A DNA stretch of 64,000 nucleotides. Origin: Epithemia pelagica (lineage: Eukaryota > Protista > Bacillariophyta). Position numbers and translations under genes: made by a program. The notes under the pieces were generated by a model. That model ran no database searches and was not told the DNA's origin. It saw only the letters and a list, made by a program, of their open reading frames with translations. The stretch spans positions 186,001 through 250,000 of the forward strand of contig OX337236.1 of assembly GCA_946965045.2 (NCBI GenBank), written 5' to 3'. This document shows positions 22,067-33,810 of the stretch, in pieces. The first letter of the stretch is position 1; every line of letters begins with the position of its first letter.

Positions 22067-23722
22067 ATGGCGTCGGTTCCAGCAGCAGCAGCATCTCCCC
22101 TTGTCCGGGCCGCTCGGTCCAAACTTCTATTAGTACAGCAACCACCACAAGGACGAGGCATTACAACCACCACAACAACAACAACTCTTTCCAGTCTCTG
22201 GAACAGAACGACCAGAACAACAAGCACGGCAATGACGATACCACCCTGCACACCAGCAGCAACAACATCAAGAACGACCATTATGGTGCGAGTACAAATG
22301 GTGTGGTCCCACAGCCACACACGACAACCAACAAGGGTTCTTGTACGGCCAATCCACATGACACACACTAATAGCACGAGAACAAGACCATTTTCCACCA
22401 ACCTCACAACAACAACGACAAGAAGAAGAAAAAGACTGCCAACCTCAACAAGCACGACTGTTGGTTGTTCCTTGGTTTCTCGAGAGGCTGCTGGTCTATT
22501 CCGACGGCACTTGCCAACCCTGTACTATGCTGGTGGTTCTTCTTGGTACCGGTTGACCACTTTTTCGTCGTCGTCGTCGACAGGGTCCACCAAGCAATCA
22601 TCCGACGACAACACTCGTACAGTAACTGCATCACCAAGACCACTGCCACAGCTCCAGGACGACAACGACAACCAAAATGACCAGAATACGGATCTTCAAA
22701 AGGATAAGGACGCCGCATCGACCGACTCCAACGACACGGTTCGTGTTTCGTCATTGTCGTCGTCGTCGTCTTTGGATCCTTCCATGGTAACATGGGTGGA
22801 CGAGTATTTGCCGAGTTCCTGGCAACCCTATGCTCGTTTGGCCCGCATGGACAAGCCCATTGGGACCTGGTTGTTGTGGTGGCCCTGTGCCTGGTCGACC
22901 GCGGCCGCGTCTGCGTCTGCGGCCGTCCCCGATGCCTCGATATGGTCCAGTACTAGTACAATCCATGCCCTGTCCTTGCTCACCTTGTTTGGCGTGGGTG
23001 CCTTTGTCATGCGCGGGGCGGGTTGTACCATGAATGACATGTGGGATCGAAGGATTGATGCCGCCGTGGCCCGGACTCGGACCCGACCCTTGGCCAGGGG
23101 ACAATTGTCCATGTCACAAGCCTGGATGTTTTTGGCCAGTCAATTGACGGTCGGCTTGGCCGTCTTGGTCTCGTTACCACATACCGCCTATTGCTTTGTG
23201 TGGGGTGCCGCCTCGTTGCCACTCGTGGCCCTGTATCCCACCATGAAACGCTTTTTCCCCTACCCGCAATTGGTTTTGGGCTTGACCTTTAATTGGGGTG
23301 CCTGGATGGGATGGGCCGCCACCTTTGGCAGTATGGACTACCGTGTCATTGGTCCCCTGTACCTGTCGGGAGTGGCTTGGACCATGATTTACGATACCCT
23401 CTATGCCCATCAAGACAAGGAAGACGATGCCAAATTGCAATTGCATTCGACGGCGCTCACTTTTGGATCGGACGAGGCTACGCAAAAACGAATTTTGCAC
23501 GCCTGTGCCGTCACCACGGCCGGCTTGTGGACGACCGTCGGATCGCAACTGGACTTGTCCTGGGTCTATTATGTGGGCATTGCCTCGGCCTATAGCCATT
23601 TGGTCTGGCAAATTCATACCGCCGACTTGAACCACCCCCACAATTTGGCCACGCGCTTTCGCAGCAACACCACCGTCGGTGCCCTCGTCTTTGCCTCCCT
23701 CGTGGCTGGTCAGTATTTTTGA
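22067..23722 (+). CDS. COQ2: 4-hydroxybenzoate polyprenyltransferase (UbiA family), mitochondrial
   Basis: PYARLARMDKPIGTWLLWWP, RGAGCTMNDMWDRRIDAAVARTRTRPLARG, YPTMKR, GLTFNWGA and YDTLYAHQDKEDD. Long Ser/Thr/Arg-rich leader; exact start uncertain. Confidence 0.92.
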   Translation: MASVPAAAASPLVRAARSKLLLVQQPPQGRGITTTTTTTTLSSLWNRTTRTTSTAMTIPPCTPAATTSRTTIMVRVQMVWSHSHTRQPTRVLVRPIHMTHTNSTRTRPFSTNLTTTTTRRRKRLPTSTSTTVGCSLVSREAAGLFRRHLPTLYYAGGSSWYRLTTFSSSSSTGSTKQSSDDNTRTVTASPRPLPQLQDDNDNQNDQNTDLQKDKDAASTDSNDTVRVSSLSSSSSLDPSMVTWVDEYLPSSWQPYARLARMDKPIGTWLLWWPCAWSTAAASASAAVPDASIWSSTSTIHALSLLTLFGVGAFVMRGAGCTMNDMWDRRIDAAVARTRTRPLARGQLSMSQAWMFLASQLTVGLAVLVSLPHTAYCFVWGAASLPLVALYPTMKRFFPYPQLVLGLTFNWGAWMGWAATFGSMDYRVIGPLYLSGVAWTMIYDTLYAHQDKEDDAKLQLHSTALTFGSDEATQKRILHACAVTTAGLWTTVGSQLDLSWVYYVGIASAYSHLVWQIHTADLNHPHNLATRFRSNTTVGALVFASLVAGQYF

Positions 23723-24088
23723 CCACAACACAAAACACTACATTCGAAACCCCGAATCCTTTGAGGATTGGACCGACACGTATGTTTGGCGAAACAGACA
23801 TACACACATATAACACATATGTGTATATAGGTACTAGGATATAGGCATGGACTCTAGCACTCTGTAGATAACAAAGGTAATCCCCGAACATGATTCGAAT
23901 GGATGTCCAGCGTTCTCTCTATATACTCGTTAGCTAATATGGACAAATAGAAAAAAATGTAAACAGGTCGGGCTATTACGATTGACTGGATGAAGCCAAA
24001 ACAGTATCATTGAAAAAGTTGAAACACACTGATATGGTCCGAGAATCAATCGTTCTCTTCATAGTGATGATTCCTTTCGTCGTGTTGG

Positions 24089-25297
24089 TCAATTCGGTGC
24101 CCCAATACCGTCCACTGGTTTGACATGTTGCGAGCGTTGGGGTGTGGACCCAAAAGCAACAACCGCTGGAGAATTTCGCAACAAGTAGGAAAACAGTCTC
24201 GACTGGGGGTCCATCCAATCCAGTATTTCCCAGTCATTGCGACTCAGTCCCCCAAAGACCGCAATCCCATCGGAGCAGACTACCATGCCGCAGTCACCTC
24301 GGCCAGAATGAAGGGGTGACAGAGTCCAAATGTGACGCGATTGGGTATCCAAAACGTCAACTGTTTGAGACATACCATGACCTCCAGCGACAACCAGATA
24401 ACTTCCGCATTGGACGACACCGTGACCACAGCGAGGAGACTTGAGGATCAAGTCCTTGAGCAGAGTCCAGGACAATCCAGCTAGATAGGCTTTTGTCTCT
24501 GTGACTCCCGTGATACCCTGGGTGCCTTTCTCGTCTAGGTCCAAATACTCGACAGAATCAAGTCCCTTCGTTCCATCATGTCCACCAACAACGTAGACAC
24601 GTGAACCAATGGTTGCCATGGCACAACCCCAACGGTGAACATTCAGAGAAGGTCCCGGACAAACTCTGTGACAGTGCTTGGATACCAGGTCAATCACATC
24701 GACCGAGGACTGCGCTCGTAGATTCACTCAACCCACAACGACAATAAAACGATTGTGAACAATGGCTGCTGCACATTTCCATCGTACCGTAGACAGCCGA
24801 CACTTTTTCAAGAGTTTCCATCCATTTTTATTTTTGTCCCTGCTCTTCTTGTTGGTTCCCAGTAAATCAGTAATCCCGATTCGTTCAATGCTATCCTTGT
24901 TGTATCCTCCCAGGACATAGACGCTGCCCTGGCCCACCACGGCAGCGTGTCCATGTCGTGCTTTGTTCAAGGGAGGGCCTTCGATCCAGCTGTTTGCGTT
25001 TTGGTGGTGTCCAACATGCAGGAGTACTACTAAATTAGTGGGGGCTACGGGGCGTGGCCGGTAGAACTTTTTCCCTCCCAGGACTGCCACGAACTCAGTT
25101 CGGTTACTGCTTGTTGGGGCAATATCCTCCGGCTTCGCAACGACTGCCGCAAATTCCCATCGAGGTCCACCCAACAGCGGCGGCCAATGGTTCACACTCC
25201 AAGACGGACAGTGACCCTCACGACTGGTTTTCTTCTGGTCGTCGTCGGAGACAACCGACAGTGAATGGTGGGTTTGTTCTTGCGTCGTTCTTGTCAT
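24089..25297 (-). pseudogene. Kelch-repeat protein interrupted by in-frame TGA (24728-24730)
   Basis: ORFs 24728..25303 and 24089..24727 abut in the same frame: ...RFIVVVG*VNLRAQSSVDVID... Kelch blades GPPLNKARHGHAAVV..VYVLGG, GPSLNVHRWGCAMAT..VYVVGG and PRCGHGVV..LVVAGG are present. Confidence 0.8.
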
Positions 25298-25538
25298 GGT
25301 CACAAAACAACGTTAGATATCTACTCGAGTAACCTGCGAAATAATGGTTCTGCGGCTATGATGGAGCACGCCTCGCTTCGAAGGGCGATCGAAACACCTC
25401 TCTTCTTGCTGGATCCGATCCAAATACATCATACGGTACCAAACGAATGAGAGATTCCTCACGGTGACATTGTGGTCGCGGATTTTGAGTCACGAACGTT
25501 CCCCTCAAAAAGAAAAATGTCCTGTTTGGATCACTATC

Positions 25539-25845
25539 ATGAGCGACACACACTGGAGGTGTCTGGGGTCTGGGGAGATAGAAACGAGTATCGAAAATCA
25601 TCGCACTCCATGCAGGTTCGGTCGTCGTTGGGAGCCTAGAGCGTTCTCGTTCTGGTTCGTTTGGTCGGGACGGGACCACAGAAAGCCATCCCAATGAGAG
25701 ACACACACTGGAGGTGTCTGGGTGGTATATCGAGAAAGAACCGAGTATCGAAAATCATCGCACTCCATCCAGGTTCGGTAGCATATACTGTAGTGTTCTG
25801 GTTTTCTTTGGGTCGGGATGGGACCACACAGAAAACCATCCCACT
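25539..25845. repeat. Diverged ~155-bp tandem duplication
   Basis: ATGAG.GACACACACTGGAGGTGTCTGGG...CGAGTATCGAAAATCATCGCACTCCAT.CAGGTTCGGT...GGTCGGGA.GGGACCACA..GAAA.CCATCCCA occurs at 25539 and 25694. Confidence 0.85.
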
Positions 25846-26088
25846 GTACCATCCCACACTGAATGAGATGGACGGACGAGAGAGAGAGAAAAAAATAAAT
25901 GTGACGTTTTCTCTCTCTCGTTTGCGTATCATATATGCGGCCCGGCATGGAGAAGGAAAGTAGATCGTGTCGTTCGTTTACCGGCATTGAGTTGGTGGTG
26001 GTGGCAGTAGTCGTAGTATTTTTGTATTAGTTGGACAGTTGTGTTCTCATGTGGTTTGCTCCGAACCGTATGTAAGGCTAGATTTTTG

Positions 26089-27747
26089 TTAGAGTTTGCT
26101 TTGCACCAGCAATTTGGTCCGGTTCGAGGATGACGATGACGGTTGTTGCTTGGGTTCTTGTTGTTGTTGGTGGCGGTGTCGTTCTTGTTCTTGTTCTTTT
26201 TCGTGTTGCACGCGTTGAATCCAGGCCAGGGTTTCGTCCAAGACGCGGCCGCCCAACATGAGATGCATGACGGTATCTTGATGGGCAATCGAATCAGCCA
26301 CATAGACTTGATCCAGTTTGGTAATGCCACACGAGTGCAACACATGCGCCGCTTCACTGGTGGAGGTAAAGGGAACGGTCTCATCGTCGACACTGTGCAG
26401 CAACAAGAGCGGTGGCAACAGTTGCTGCAGCATGCAAGGATTGGCGAGGCTCTTGTTTGTCGTGGTTGCCGTGGCCAAGGCGGCTTGCAGTTTGCGGGCG
26501 GGGGACCAGTGTCGAAAGGCGGTGCGTGTCGATCCACACGTGGGTTTCATGGGAGAAATTTCTTCCACACCCCGGGCCGCTTCGTAATCAAAATGATGAC
26601 AAATGTCGTAGGGACCGGACAAGCCGACAAAGGAATCCAAGGCATTCCACCATGACAAGGACGACAAGGACGACGAATCTGCGGCCGTGTGGTTCCAGGA
26701 CGACGACGACGACGACTCTGGGGACAAGTGTGTGTCAATGACATGATTCACAAGGAGCAACAAGCCAATGTGGGCGCCCGACGAATGTCCCATGAGTGTC
26801 ATGGGTATTGGTTTGTTGTTGTCCACGCCCATAAAGTGTTGCTGCAAATAGGCACAGGCTGCCGCGACATCGTCCACTTGTTCTTGGACGTGACCGTCGG
26901 GGTAGGTTCGATATCCCACAATCGCCACGGCCCAGTTCTGGGCCAAAAATTGCTCATGCGCCACCAACCGATACATCCAGGGCATGCCACTCCCCCAGGC
27001 ACCACCATGGACAAAGACGAGAATGCGGCGCGGTGACCTGGACTTGTCACTCGATGACGTCGATGGCAGAATCAAGTGCAGGTATTGTCGGGCATGGGTG
27101 CCATAGCGCAAGTGATGGAGACGATTGGAATGTTGGATAAAGGTGAGAGCGGCCCGCGGTGCCGCCAAGGGAACCAGCGGGGCCGTCGTGGTGACCAAGA
27201 CATCACAAACGGTTCGAAACCATCCCGAATCGCGAAAGGACCGTTGCCACGACAGGGGCAACCAGACACCCAACCATCGTGTCACTTGATCGCCTCGGTC
27301 CGGTACCACGGTCAAGTGCGGATGACGCCAACTTTGACTGCTGCGCGCCGCAGAATGAGATTGGAGCAATCGTTGCAACAAGCGTTGTCGCAAGGTATCG
27401 TGCGGTACTCGACTGCGAGCTTCAATGTGGGGAGACGTTGGTTGTGGTTCGTCGTTGTTGGTTTGTGGACCGTCCTGGTCTGGAACGCGTTCTTCCGTGA
27501 CATGATAATGACGAGCCCATTTCAACGGAGATAACCACTGCCGAATGCGACCCTGGTGGTGCTTCTTGTTCGTGTGGTTGTTCTTGATGTTCTTGTGGTG
27601 ACGGTTGTGACCCGTCAAGAGAATGTCACGATGCCAACTGCCATAGGGTGGTGCTCGAGGTGGCGACAAGGCCAAGGCCAAGGATTTCGGAGTCAACAAG
27701 GCATTTGGGTCGGTGTTGTTTGTACTACGACTACTCTCACTCATCAT
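26089..27747 (-). CDS. Alpha/beta hydrolase, isoprenylcysteine methylesterase (ICME)-like
   Basis: LRYGTHARQYLHL, VFVHGGAWGSG, GYRTYPDG, nucleophile elbow GHSSG, GLSGPYD, DETVP and the His in AHQD. Confidence 0.85.
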   Translation of the reverse strand: MMSESSRSTNNTDPNALLTPKSLALALSPPRAPPYGSWHRDILLTGHNRHHKNIKNNHTNKKHHQGRIRQWLSPLKWARHYHVTEERVPDQDGPQTNNDEPQPTSPHIEARSRVPHDTLRQRLLQRLLQSHSAARSSQSWRHPHLTVVPDRGDQVTRWLGVWLPLSWQRSFRDSGWFRTVCDVLVTTTAPLVPLAAPRAALTFIQHSNRLHHLRYGTHARQYLHLILPSTSSSDKSRSPRRILVFVHGGAWGSGMPWMYRLVAHEQFLAQNWAVAIVGYRTYPDGHVQEQVDDVAAACAYLQQHFMGVDNNKPIPMTLMGHSSGAHIGLLLLVNHVIDTHLSPESSSSSSWNHTAADSSSLSSLSWWNALDSFVGLSGPYDICHHFDYEAARGVEEISPMKPTCGSTRTAFRHWSPARKLQAALATATTTNKSLANPCMLQQLLPPLLLLHSVDDETVPFTSTSEAAHVLHSCGITKLDQVYVADSIAHQDTVMHLMLGGRVLDETLAWIQRVQHEKEQEQERHRHQQQQEPKQQPSSSSSNRTKLLVQSKL

Positions 27748-27908
27748 TGAGGGATAGAATAGATACGGTTCGATACTCTCGTAGTGTCTGGTTCGTTGAA
27801 TCGAATTTATCGAATCTACAACGACCCTTCCACAGAGGAAGAACAAGAGACAGACGATAGTATCGGCTCTACAAGAATCTTGTCGCTTGTATGTTCTCGC
27901 CGCAGGAA

Positions 27909-27965
<57 letters not shown>
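27909..27965. repeat. (CT)n microsatellite, interrupted
   Basis: CT run with two TT interruptions. Confidence 0.9.
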
Positions 27966-27966
<1 letters not shown>

Positions 27967-28281
27967 TCAATGGATTGCAAGGAGCCAAGAAAGGCATCCG
28001 AACATATGTGATGTCATGGTCGACTTTTTTCTCCTGCGTCGTATACTCTCCAGAGCTTTGCATCTGTATTTCACTATGAGTATCATAAAGCAATGAATTA
28101 TACACCCGATCAGGCTTATGGAATCCGAGAATGAGGGGCATACGAAAAGATCAAGTGGAAGGGCCCCCAGAATTTAGGGTCGGCATCAGATGGTATCTTT
28201 TATTTCTTGTTTTGCCGTTTCGATAGATTCGATCCATCTCAAAGAAAGATCTTGTAATACATCCTATGCTACTATACAATA

Positions 28282-30516
28282 ATGCCATGGCGGTTGTGGC
28301 GAGTCGTCGTCCTGGTTGTGGTGGTGTCCCTTGTTTTGGATGAGCCAATACGAATAAGAATATGTCATGGATGGAGTGGGGTTTCGTCGTCGTCGTCGTC
28401 ATGGTCGTCCGGGTGGAGTCGTCGTCGGCCAAGGTATAATCCATGTCACGGCTGTAGAACGTTTCAGACGACGACAAGCAGGACGATACAGCGAGGATAT
28501 CAACGAATGCCTCCCAGAATAATACTACTACTACGACGTGCGACACCACAGGACAACGAAAACCATTTCGACAACACTAATCACAACAATCACGACACGT
28601 CGAATGTCGTCATGGTCCAACAAGTCCAAGGTCCCTTTGATCCTCACCTCTTGACCCGTGTGTGGGGACGTCAACCCTTGCTCATTCGAAAGGCCTTTGA
28701 GGTCGATACCTTACTCCGGAATGCTTCATCCTCGTCATCTTCGTCATCCTCCCAGTTTGGGTGTTGGCCCTCCTCGCAAGATCTCTGGAATCTCGTGACT
28801 CCCAAGAACACTGGCAGTGATGATGATGATGATGATTACTACAATGAGGAGGAGGAAGATGACGACGAGGAATGGTCCATTGCCGAATCGACCCGATGGA
28901 TTCGACACGAAGGAAACGATCAATTGGATTCCTATAACATGCAGGTGGGTCCCTGGATGGAACACCAAAACAACAAGAAGAGCAATAATTATTGGACCAT
29001 GGTCCTCAATGATGTCGACCGTCAGGTACCGGCCTTGGCCAATTGGTTGGATGACACCTTTGGCTTTTTGCCCCGATGGCGTCGTGACGATGCCCAAATC
29101 AGTCTGGCTCCGACACCACCCACCAATACTACAAAGAATGGCAGTAGTATTGGTCCCCATGTCGACAATTACGATGTGTTCTTGATTCAAATGACGGGGT
29201 GCAAACATTGGAGGATTGGCACGCGGACCATTTCCACCCAACAAGAATATGACGCCTTGATTCCCCATTTATCGGTCCGCATTCTCAATGTCGTAGAATC
29301 ACCCAAGGAGGAGGAAAACGACCATCAGAAGGAAACCGTCGCGACCAATCCCATTCCAGGAGTTCCCCCATTGCCCGTCACGTGGGTCGATTGGTATTTG
29401 GAACCGGGCGATGCCTTGTATTTGCCTCCTCGCGTTGTGCATTGGGGCATGGCTCATTCGGGTCCTTTTGGTTGGGACACCGACAATATCCACAACGACA
29501 CGACGTATTGCATGACCTTGTCAGTGGGATGTCGAGCTCCGTCGGCCTCGGAATTGCTCGTCCAAGTCGCGGAACACGTGGCCACATCGGTCTCGGCCAC
29601 AGCCACGGCACGCTTGCAAGATTTTCATCGCCTCCAACCACAACAACAACACCGCCACCAACAACAACAACGAATCAGTAGCCTACAAGCGGAGGAGACT
29701 GCTGCTGCTTCTGTTTCTTCCAACCCTACGGACACGAATACTACCGACAACAACGACAGGACAACCACCTTATTACCCGGTGGATCCATTACCCACGAGG
29801 ATCGAGAACAAGCCAAACAATTGGTACGCAATGCCGTCGAGGCGGTGCTCGAGGATCCGGCCGTGTGGGATGAACTCTTGGGAACCACCGTGACGGAACC
29901 TATCCGGTTTTGGGAACCATCAGCATCACAGACGTTTCAAGGATGGAGGAACGACAATGACGACGACGATTCTATAGAGTTTGCCGAACCCCTTTCGGCT
30001 GAGGCCAATGAAGAATGTTGGGAAGACAACAACAATAATAATAATAATGATGATGATGATGAGGATTCCTGGGAGCGCTTGGCCAAACCACCAACATCAC
30101 GGCCGTCGACAAGTGCCTCTGCGCTTGTGGACCAAATGATACGCAACAACGACAAATCGACAGTTTTGCTGCGAGCTCCTGGCATTTCCTTTGCCACTTC
30201 CCAATTCAAAGCGACAAGTTCGGGACGCCCTCAGTCTCTGGATCCCCATCCTCACCACCACCACGACGACAGTATTCAAAAAGATGGAATTGTCGATCGT
30301 TTGTACGGCCATGGACAGGTGTGGGAGGTCCGTTCTCTGGCCATGGAGAATAGATCCGTTGGCGCCACAGTGGCATGCAAGGTCTTTGACAAGATGGAAC
30401 GAGGAAAGGCCATTCAATCGTCCGATTTACTGCACGCATCGGCCGAGTTGGAAACCGTCTTGATCGACTTGGTCGAGCACGGGTTCTTGATCCCCTCGTT
30501 GTCGAGTTCAGGATGA
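28282..30516 (+). CDS. roxA: JmjC/cupin 2OG-Fe(II) oxygenase, RoxA/YcfD (ribosomal protein uL16 hydroxylase)-like, with bipartite-type leader
   Basis: WGRQPLLIRKAF, WRRDDAQIS, GSSIGPHVDNYDVFLIQMTGCKHWRIG (HxD), LEPGDALYLPPRVVHWG (distal His) and MTLSVGCRAPS. The N-terminal hydrophobic signal ends ...ICHG/W. Confidence 0.8.
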   Translation: MPWRLWRVVVLVVVVSLVLDEPIRIRICHGWSGVSSSSSSWSSGWSRRRPRYNPCHGCRTFQTTTSRTIQRGYQRMPPRIILLLRRATPQDNENHFDNTNHNNHDTSNVVMVQQVQGPFDPHLLTRVWGRQPLLIRKAFEVDTLLRNASSSSSSSSSQFGCWPSSQDLWNLVTPKNTGSDDDDDDYYNEEEEDDDEEWSIAESTRWIRHEGNDQLDSYNMQVGPWMEHQNNKKSNNYWTMVLNDVDRQVPALANWLDDTFGFLPRWRRDDAQISLAPTPPTNTTKNGSSIGPHVDNYDVFLIQMTGCKHWRIGTRTISTQQEYDALIPHLSVRILNVVESPKEEENDHQKETVATNPIPGVPPLPVTWVDWYLEPGDALYLPPRVVHWGMAHSGPFGWDTDNIHNDTTYCMTLSVGCRAPSASELLVQVAEHVATSVSATATARLQDFHRLQPQQQHRHQQQQRISSLQAEETAAASVSSNPTDTNTTDNNDRTTTLLPGGSITHEDREQAKQLVRNAVEAVLEDPAVWDELLGTTVTEPIRFWEPSASQTFQGWRNDNDDDDSIEFAEPLSAEANEECWEDNNNNNNNDDDDEDSWERLAKPPTSRPSTSASALVDQMIRNNDKSTVLLRAPGISFATSQFKATSSGRPQSLDPHPHHHHDDSIQKDGIVDRLYGHGQVWEVRSLAMENRSVGATVACKVFDKMERGKAIQSSDLLHASAELETVLIDLVEHGFLIPSLSSSG

Positions 30517-31087
30517 ACGTGGTGGTGGGACCGCGGCGTCTACCCATCTCTCTCTCCGTCCATTGTACATAGGAATCCTTGGAACAATCATCAATCGCAG
30601 GTGTGGCCACGATATCACCAAAGGAGAGAAAGAGCGAGCGAAAAAACAAGAATAATAGGTGTGTATTTTATGAGTAGAAAATATATAGTATAGGAATCGA
30701 TCCACTCCTCCTAATAGCCCCTGCTGGAAGGACCATACGACAGAGTCCCCACATATATATAGTACACGGAGGAGGAAAGGAGGACCACCCATTCTACTGG
30801 AAACGCACCATTTATACCGCAATCATCCGTTCGTCCTTGTGAAACACAAACGACATGGGATTTTGGCAGATCTACCAAGAGAGAGATGCGCTCGCGCGGA
30901 ATGGTGTGTAAAGATGGGCGTCCGAACCAACAACACGTAGACCACCCTGTTGGGAAAACGGTTGTGTGGGTTCGTTCGTTCCACACTCATGAGGAGGAGG
31001 TGGATGAAAGAAATGATGTGATAGTGTCGAGTGAATATAAGTGATGGGATGGAAGTACAAGTAAGAGGCATGCGTCCACAAACGGTT

Positions 31088-32711
31088 TCATTTGGACCGT
31101 TCCTCGGTCGCAACCGTGTCAACGACGACAACGTCGTCATTGTCGTCGTCATTGGGTTTTAAATCGGCCAGAGCGCCAATTAAGCAGGCGGTCAAAATAA
31201 TGGATCCTCCGACATAGGCATTGAATCCCAACGTTTCTCCCAACAAGACAAAGCCAAAGATACTGGCCCAGACGGGTTCACTGGCAAAGGCAATCGAGGC
31301 ATCCGTGGCCGAGGCCTTTTGCAAGGCAATGCCTTCCATATAAATGGCCACGAGGGTCGTGATAATGCCGGTCCAGGCCAAGGTGGCAATGCGATGGGGT
31401 TCCATCATGTATCCAAAATCGGGCAAGACACCATGATAATCGTACAAGACCCAGAAACCGCTGAGCAACCCGACCATGACACATTGGGCGGCGGCAATGG
31501 TCAAGACCCGATTGGGCACTTGGGCAAACTTTTCTTGATAATGTTCAATCCGGGTAAAGGCAAAGCCGAAACCAACCGGTTGTCCCAAGGCCAACAAATC
31601 GCCCGATTTGACACCCATGCTCTTGGCCACCAGTGCCAAGGGTCCCAAGGTTGTGGCGGTCGTCGTCGAGGCGGTTTCGACCGACGACGAGGCCAACGCC
31701 GATGCTGCCGTCGGGGCAAGTGCGTCGGGAACAGCCATGGCGGGCGCAATCCCGAGCAAGGTTTTGACATCGACCAAGCCTTCCAAAACGGCAACACCGG
31801 AAACGGCAATGGCACCCGCGACCAAATCCTTGACCTTGAGTGGTCGTCCATACAAGAGGAGGGAGACGAGGGGCACAAAGACGACTGTCAAGGAACAGAT
31901 AAAGGCACATTCGCCGGCGGAAATGGTGGCCAAGGCCATGCTTTGCGAGACATAGCCCAAGGTAATCCACAAACCGCATTCAAAGCCGGCCCAAATGACG
32001 TCCCGTCGTTGCTTCCACAAAATGGGAATACTCACCAAGGCGGCAATCCCAAAGCGGGCAAAGGCAAATTCACTCGGGGGATGATTGCAGGGAGGATGAA
32101 AACACAAGTCATTCAAGTACTTGACGCACTGTAAAGAAGAAGATGGGTTAATACATAATGTATTGACCAAAAGAACACAGGACGTGCGTTAGAAACAATC
32201 ATTTGACAAACCGCTTGTCGAGACACATATACAAAGAAGAATATCCAGGCAAAAGCACCCGAACAAGACGTACCGCAAAGTTGGTTCCCCAAATGGCGGC
32301 AATAAAGAGCAAGATTCCTCGAGCCGCCCACAAGGTGAGTTGGGGTTCGTTGGGTTCGTCCTCCTTGTGTTGCAGGTCCGACGACACGAGGCCATTGGAC
32401 GACGACGACGTGGCCAATTGCAAGGGATCAAACGAAGCTTCTTCTTCTTCTTCTGTAGTGGCGACCTTTTCCTGATCCAGGACTTTGCTGCTGCTCGATG
32501 AAGTCACGACCAGCTTCGGGTCCGACGTTGTCTGCACGGCAAAGGACAAGGCCGTCGTAGAAGGACGTTGGCGCCCAATGGTCCTGGAAGAGGACGACAA
32601 GACGGAAGAAAAGCCATGCGAGACCCGAGACAGGGACAACACGAGAATGGAACAGAAAAAGAGACGAGGCATGATTCGATTCGACTGGGGGATCATCATC
32701 ATCGTCGTCAT
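31088..32711 (-). CDS. EamA/DMT family transporter, probably plastid-targeted; exons 32711-32274 and 32128-31088
   Basis: Signal peptide ending ...VSHG/FSS; AAIWGTNFA|CVKYL joined across GTACGT..CAG intron 32273-32129 (1479 nt total). ARFGIAAL, AFICSLTVVFVP and FASEPVWASIFGFVLLGE motifs. Confidence 0.88.
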
Positions 32712-33810
32712 GGTCAAAGTAGTGGTGGTTGGTCGAAACGAAAAAAGGGAGAATCTGTTGAAAGAGGTCAACGTAAGCCACACAAGAGCACACTGCCGAA
32801 AAGAGAGGGAGGAGAGATTCCTTACTTGTAGACCGTTCGGCTTGAGGTTTTTCGGGGGTGCGGTTCAGATTACTGGCTTTGGTCAAAGTTGGCGGAATGT
32901 AGAAAAAGATTCGCCATGAACACAACAGGGAGGATGACCAGCACAAAAAGGTGAGAGAGTGGAAAGGGCCGCCAAAGAAAAAGCAGATCAACCAACGGCC
33001 CTCGACGAAATGTGTGAGTGGTGAGTGGCCGTGTGGCAGCAGCAGCCTATAGGCCGAAAGACACGAGGAACCACCCGAAGAGAATCGAGTGGACTGCAGC
33101 GATTGAAGGAAACCGAATGGTGCCAGTGTGTCTTTCTCGTTACGACTTGACACTTGCCATGGGAATGATGTCATGTTTCTGCACCTGCATATTGTAGTCC
33201 ACGTCAGTCCCCATCCGATCGACATTCGACACCGCAGAGACACATGCGGACACAAGACACACAAGAACGTGATCGGCGGAGGTTCGCTTTTTCGTTCCAA
33301 GATCCCAGCAACGATCCCACCGACACACCAACACCGACCGATTGGCGATTGCCCCATCTGTCTGTCCATGGTCCGTCCCACAAATCCAAACGCTTGCCAC
33401 CACGACCGTTGACCGTTATCTTATTCGCAATGAGACGTGGGAAGTTGGTTAGCGAGCCAGCACGATTGAGTACCAGATCGAAAATGCGATGCTAGTTATT
33501 CGTGAAAATCACGCCGACCGAGCTTCTTTGGGCATCGAGTCGTTACGGGATTTACAAGCCGGCGCTCACAAAATTCTCCACGACACCCACACAGAATCCA
33601 CATAGCGACTCCTGCACGAAGCGAGAGACGAAGCGTCCATCCCCACGACGCGCAACAGACAGAGAGAAAGACACTAGCAAATAGAATAGGAGGTGTTCTC
33701 TGTGTGCTTGGTAAGGAGGGACAAAAGGTGATTCATTGCAAGGAGACTCTATCTGTGGACCACTTGTGACTGGAACAACGCAACATTCCTTCCAACACAG
33801 CTCAAACAGA

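Noticed and set aside
32428-33381. 317-aa minus-strand ORF
   Set aside because: Overlaps the DMT 5' region in another frame, has Cys/Trp-rich noise composition and no recognisable domain.
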